Assembly: GCA_001244265.2 (NCBI GenBank)
Contig: CDLV01000012.1
Coordinates: 558,001-622,000 of the forward strand
Direction: 5' to 3'
From: Microbotryum violaceum
Taxonomy: Eukaryota
DNA length: 64,000 bases
How positions within the stretch are numbered: the first letter of the stretch is position 1; every line of letters starts with the position of its first letter. Made by a program: the position numbers and the translations under genes. Positions 63,848 through 64,000 of this stretch are shown piece after piece. The notes beneath the pieces were generated by a model, which had not been told where the DNA came from, ran no database searches, and saw only the letters and a list, made by a program, of their open reading frames with translations.

Positions 63848-64000
63848 CCCGTGGAGTGGATCGAATGGGTGGAAACGTTAGGCGGTGGGTGTAGGGAGGA
63901 CGCGAGCGGAGCTGTGAGCGAGACGGAGGTAAATCCAGGCGAGCCTGAGCCAAAGCTGAGCCAGTGGTGAGCCTCACGTCAACGCGCGCGGGTCGCGCAC

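Overview
Intron-rich fungal DNA, not bacterial. GT-AG introns with CTRAC branch points and the gene content point to a basidiomycete, probably Pucciniomycotina (inference). Host genes: two paralogous hexose transporters, sphingosine-1-phosphate lyase, WDR6/Rtt10, a Dpb3-like histone-fold protein, formate dehydrogenase, U2AF small subunit, Use1, Snu23, Atg1, acetate kinase, BBP/SF1, a UPF0643-like protein, DcpS, a small membrane protein and mitochondrial L16. The left half carries three DNA transposons. (1) A KDZ (Kyakuja-Dileera-Zisupton) transposase at the window start. (2) A deleted PIF/Harbinger element (8321-10397) with a TAA target duplication, 15-bp TIRs and TAAAAGT subterminal arrays. 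(3) The main find: a fully delimited 9.6-kb KDZ element (20669-30272) with ~137-bp imperfect TIRs, CA...TG ends and an exact 8-bp target-site duplication (AGAGCGAG). It sits in a compact divergent promoter and carries a decayed transposase plus an apparently intact HMG-box-like cargo gene. A tandem pair of intronless ~164-aa genes of unknown function (10795-12533) is also notable. Exon boundaries were read by eye, CDS coordinates are gene spans including introns, and family calls come from motif recognition, not database searches.
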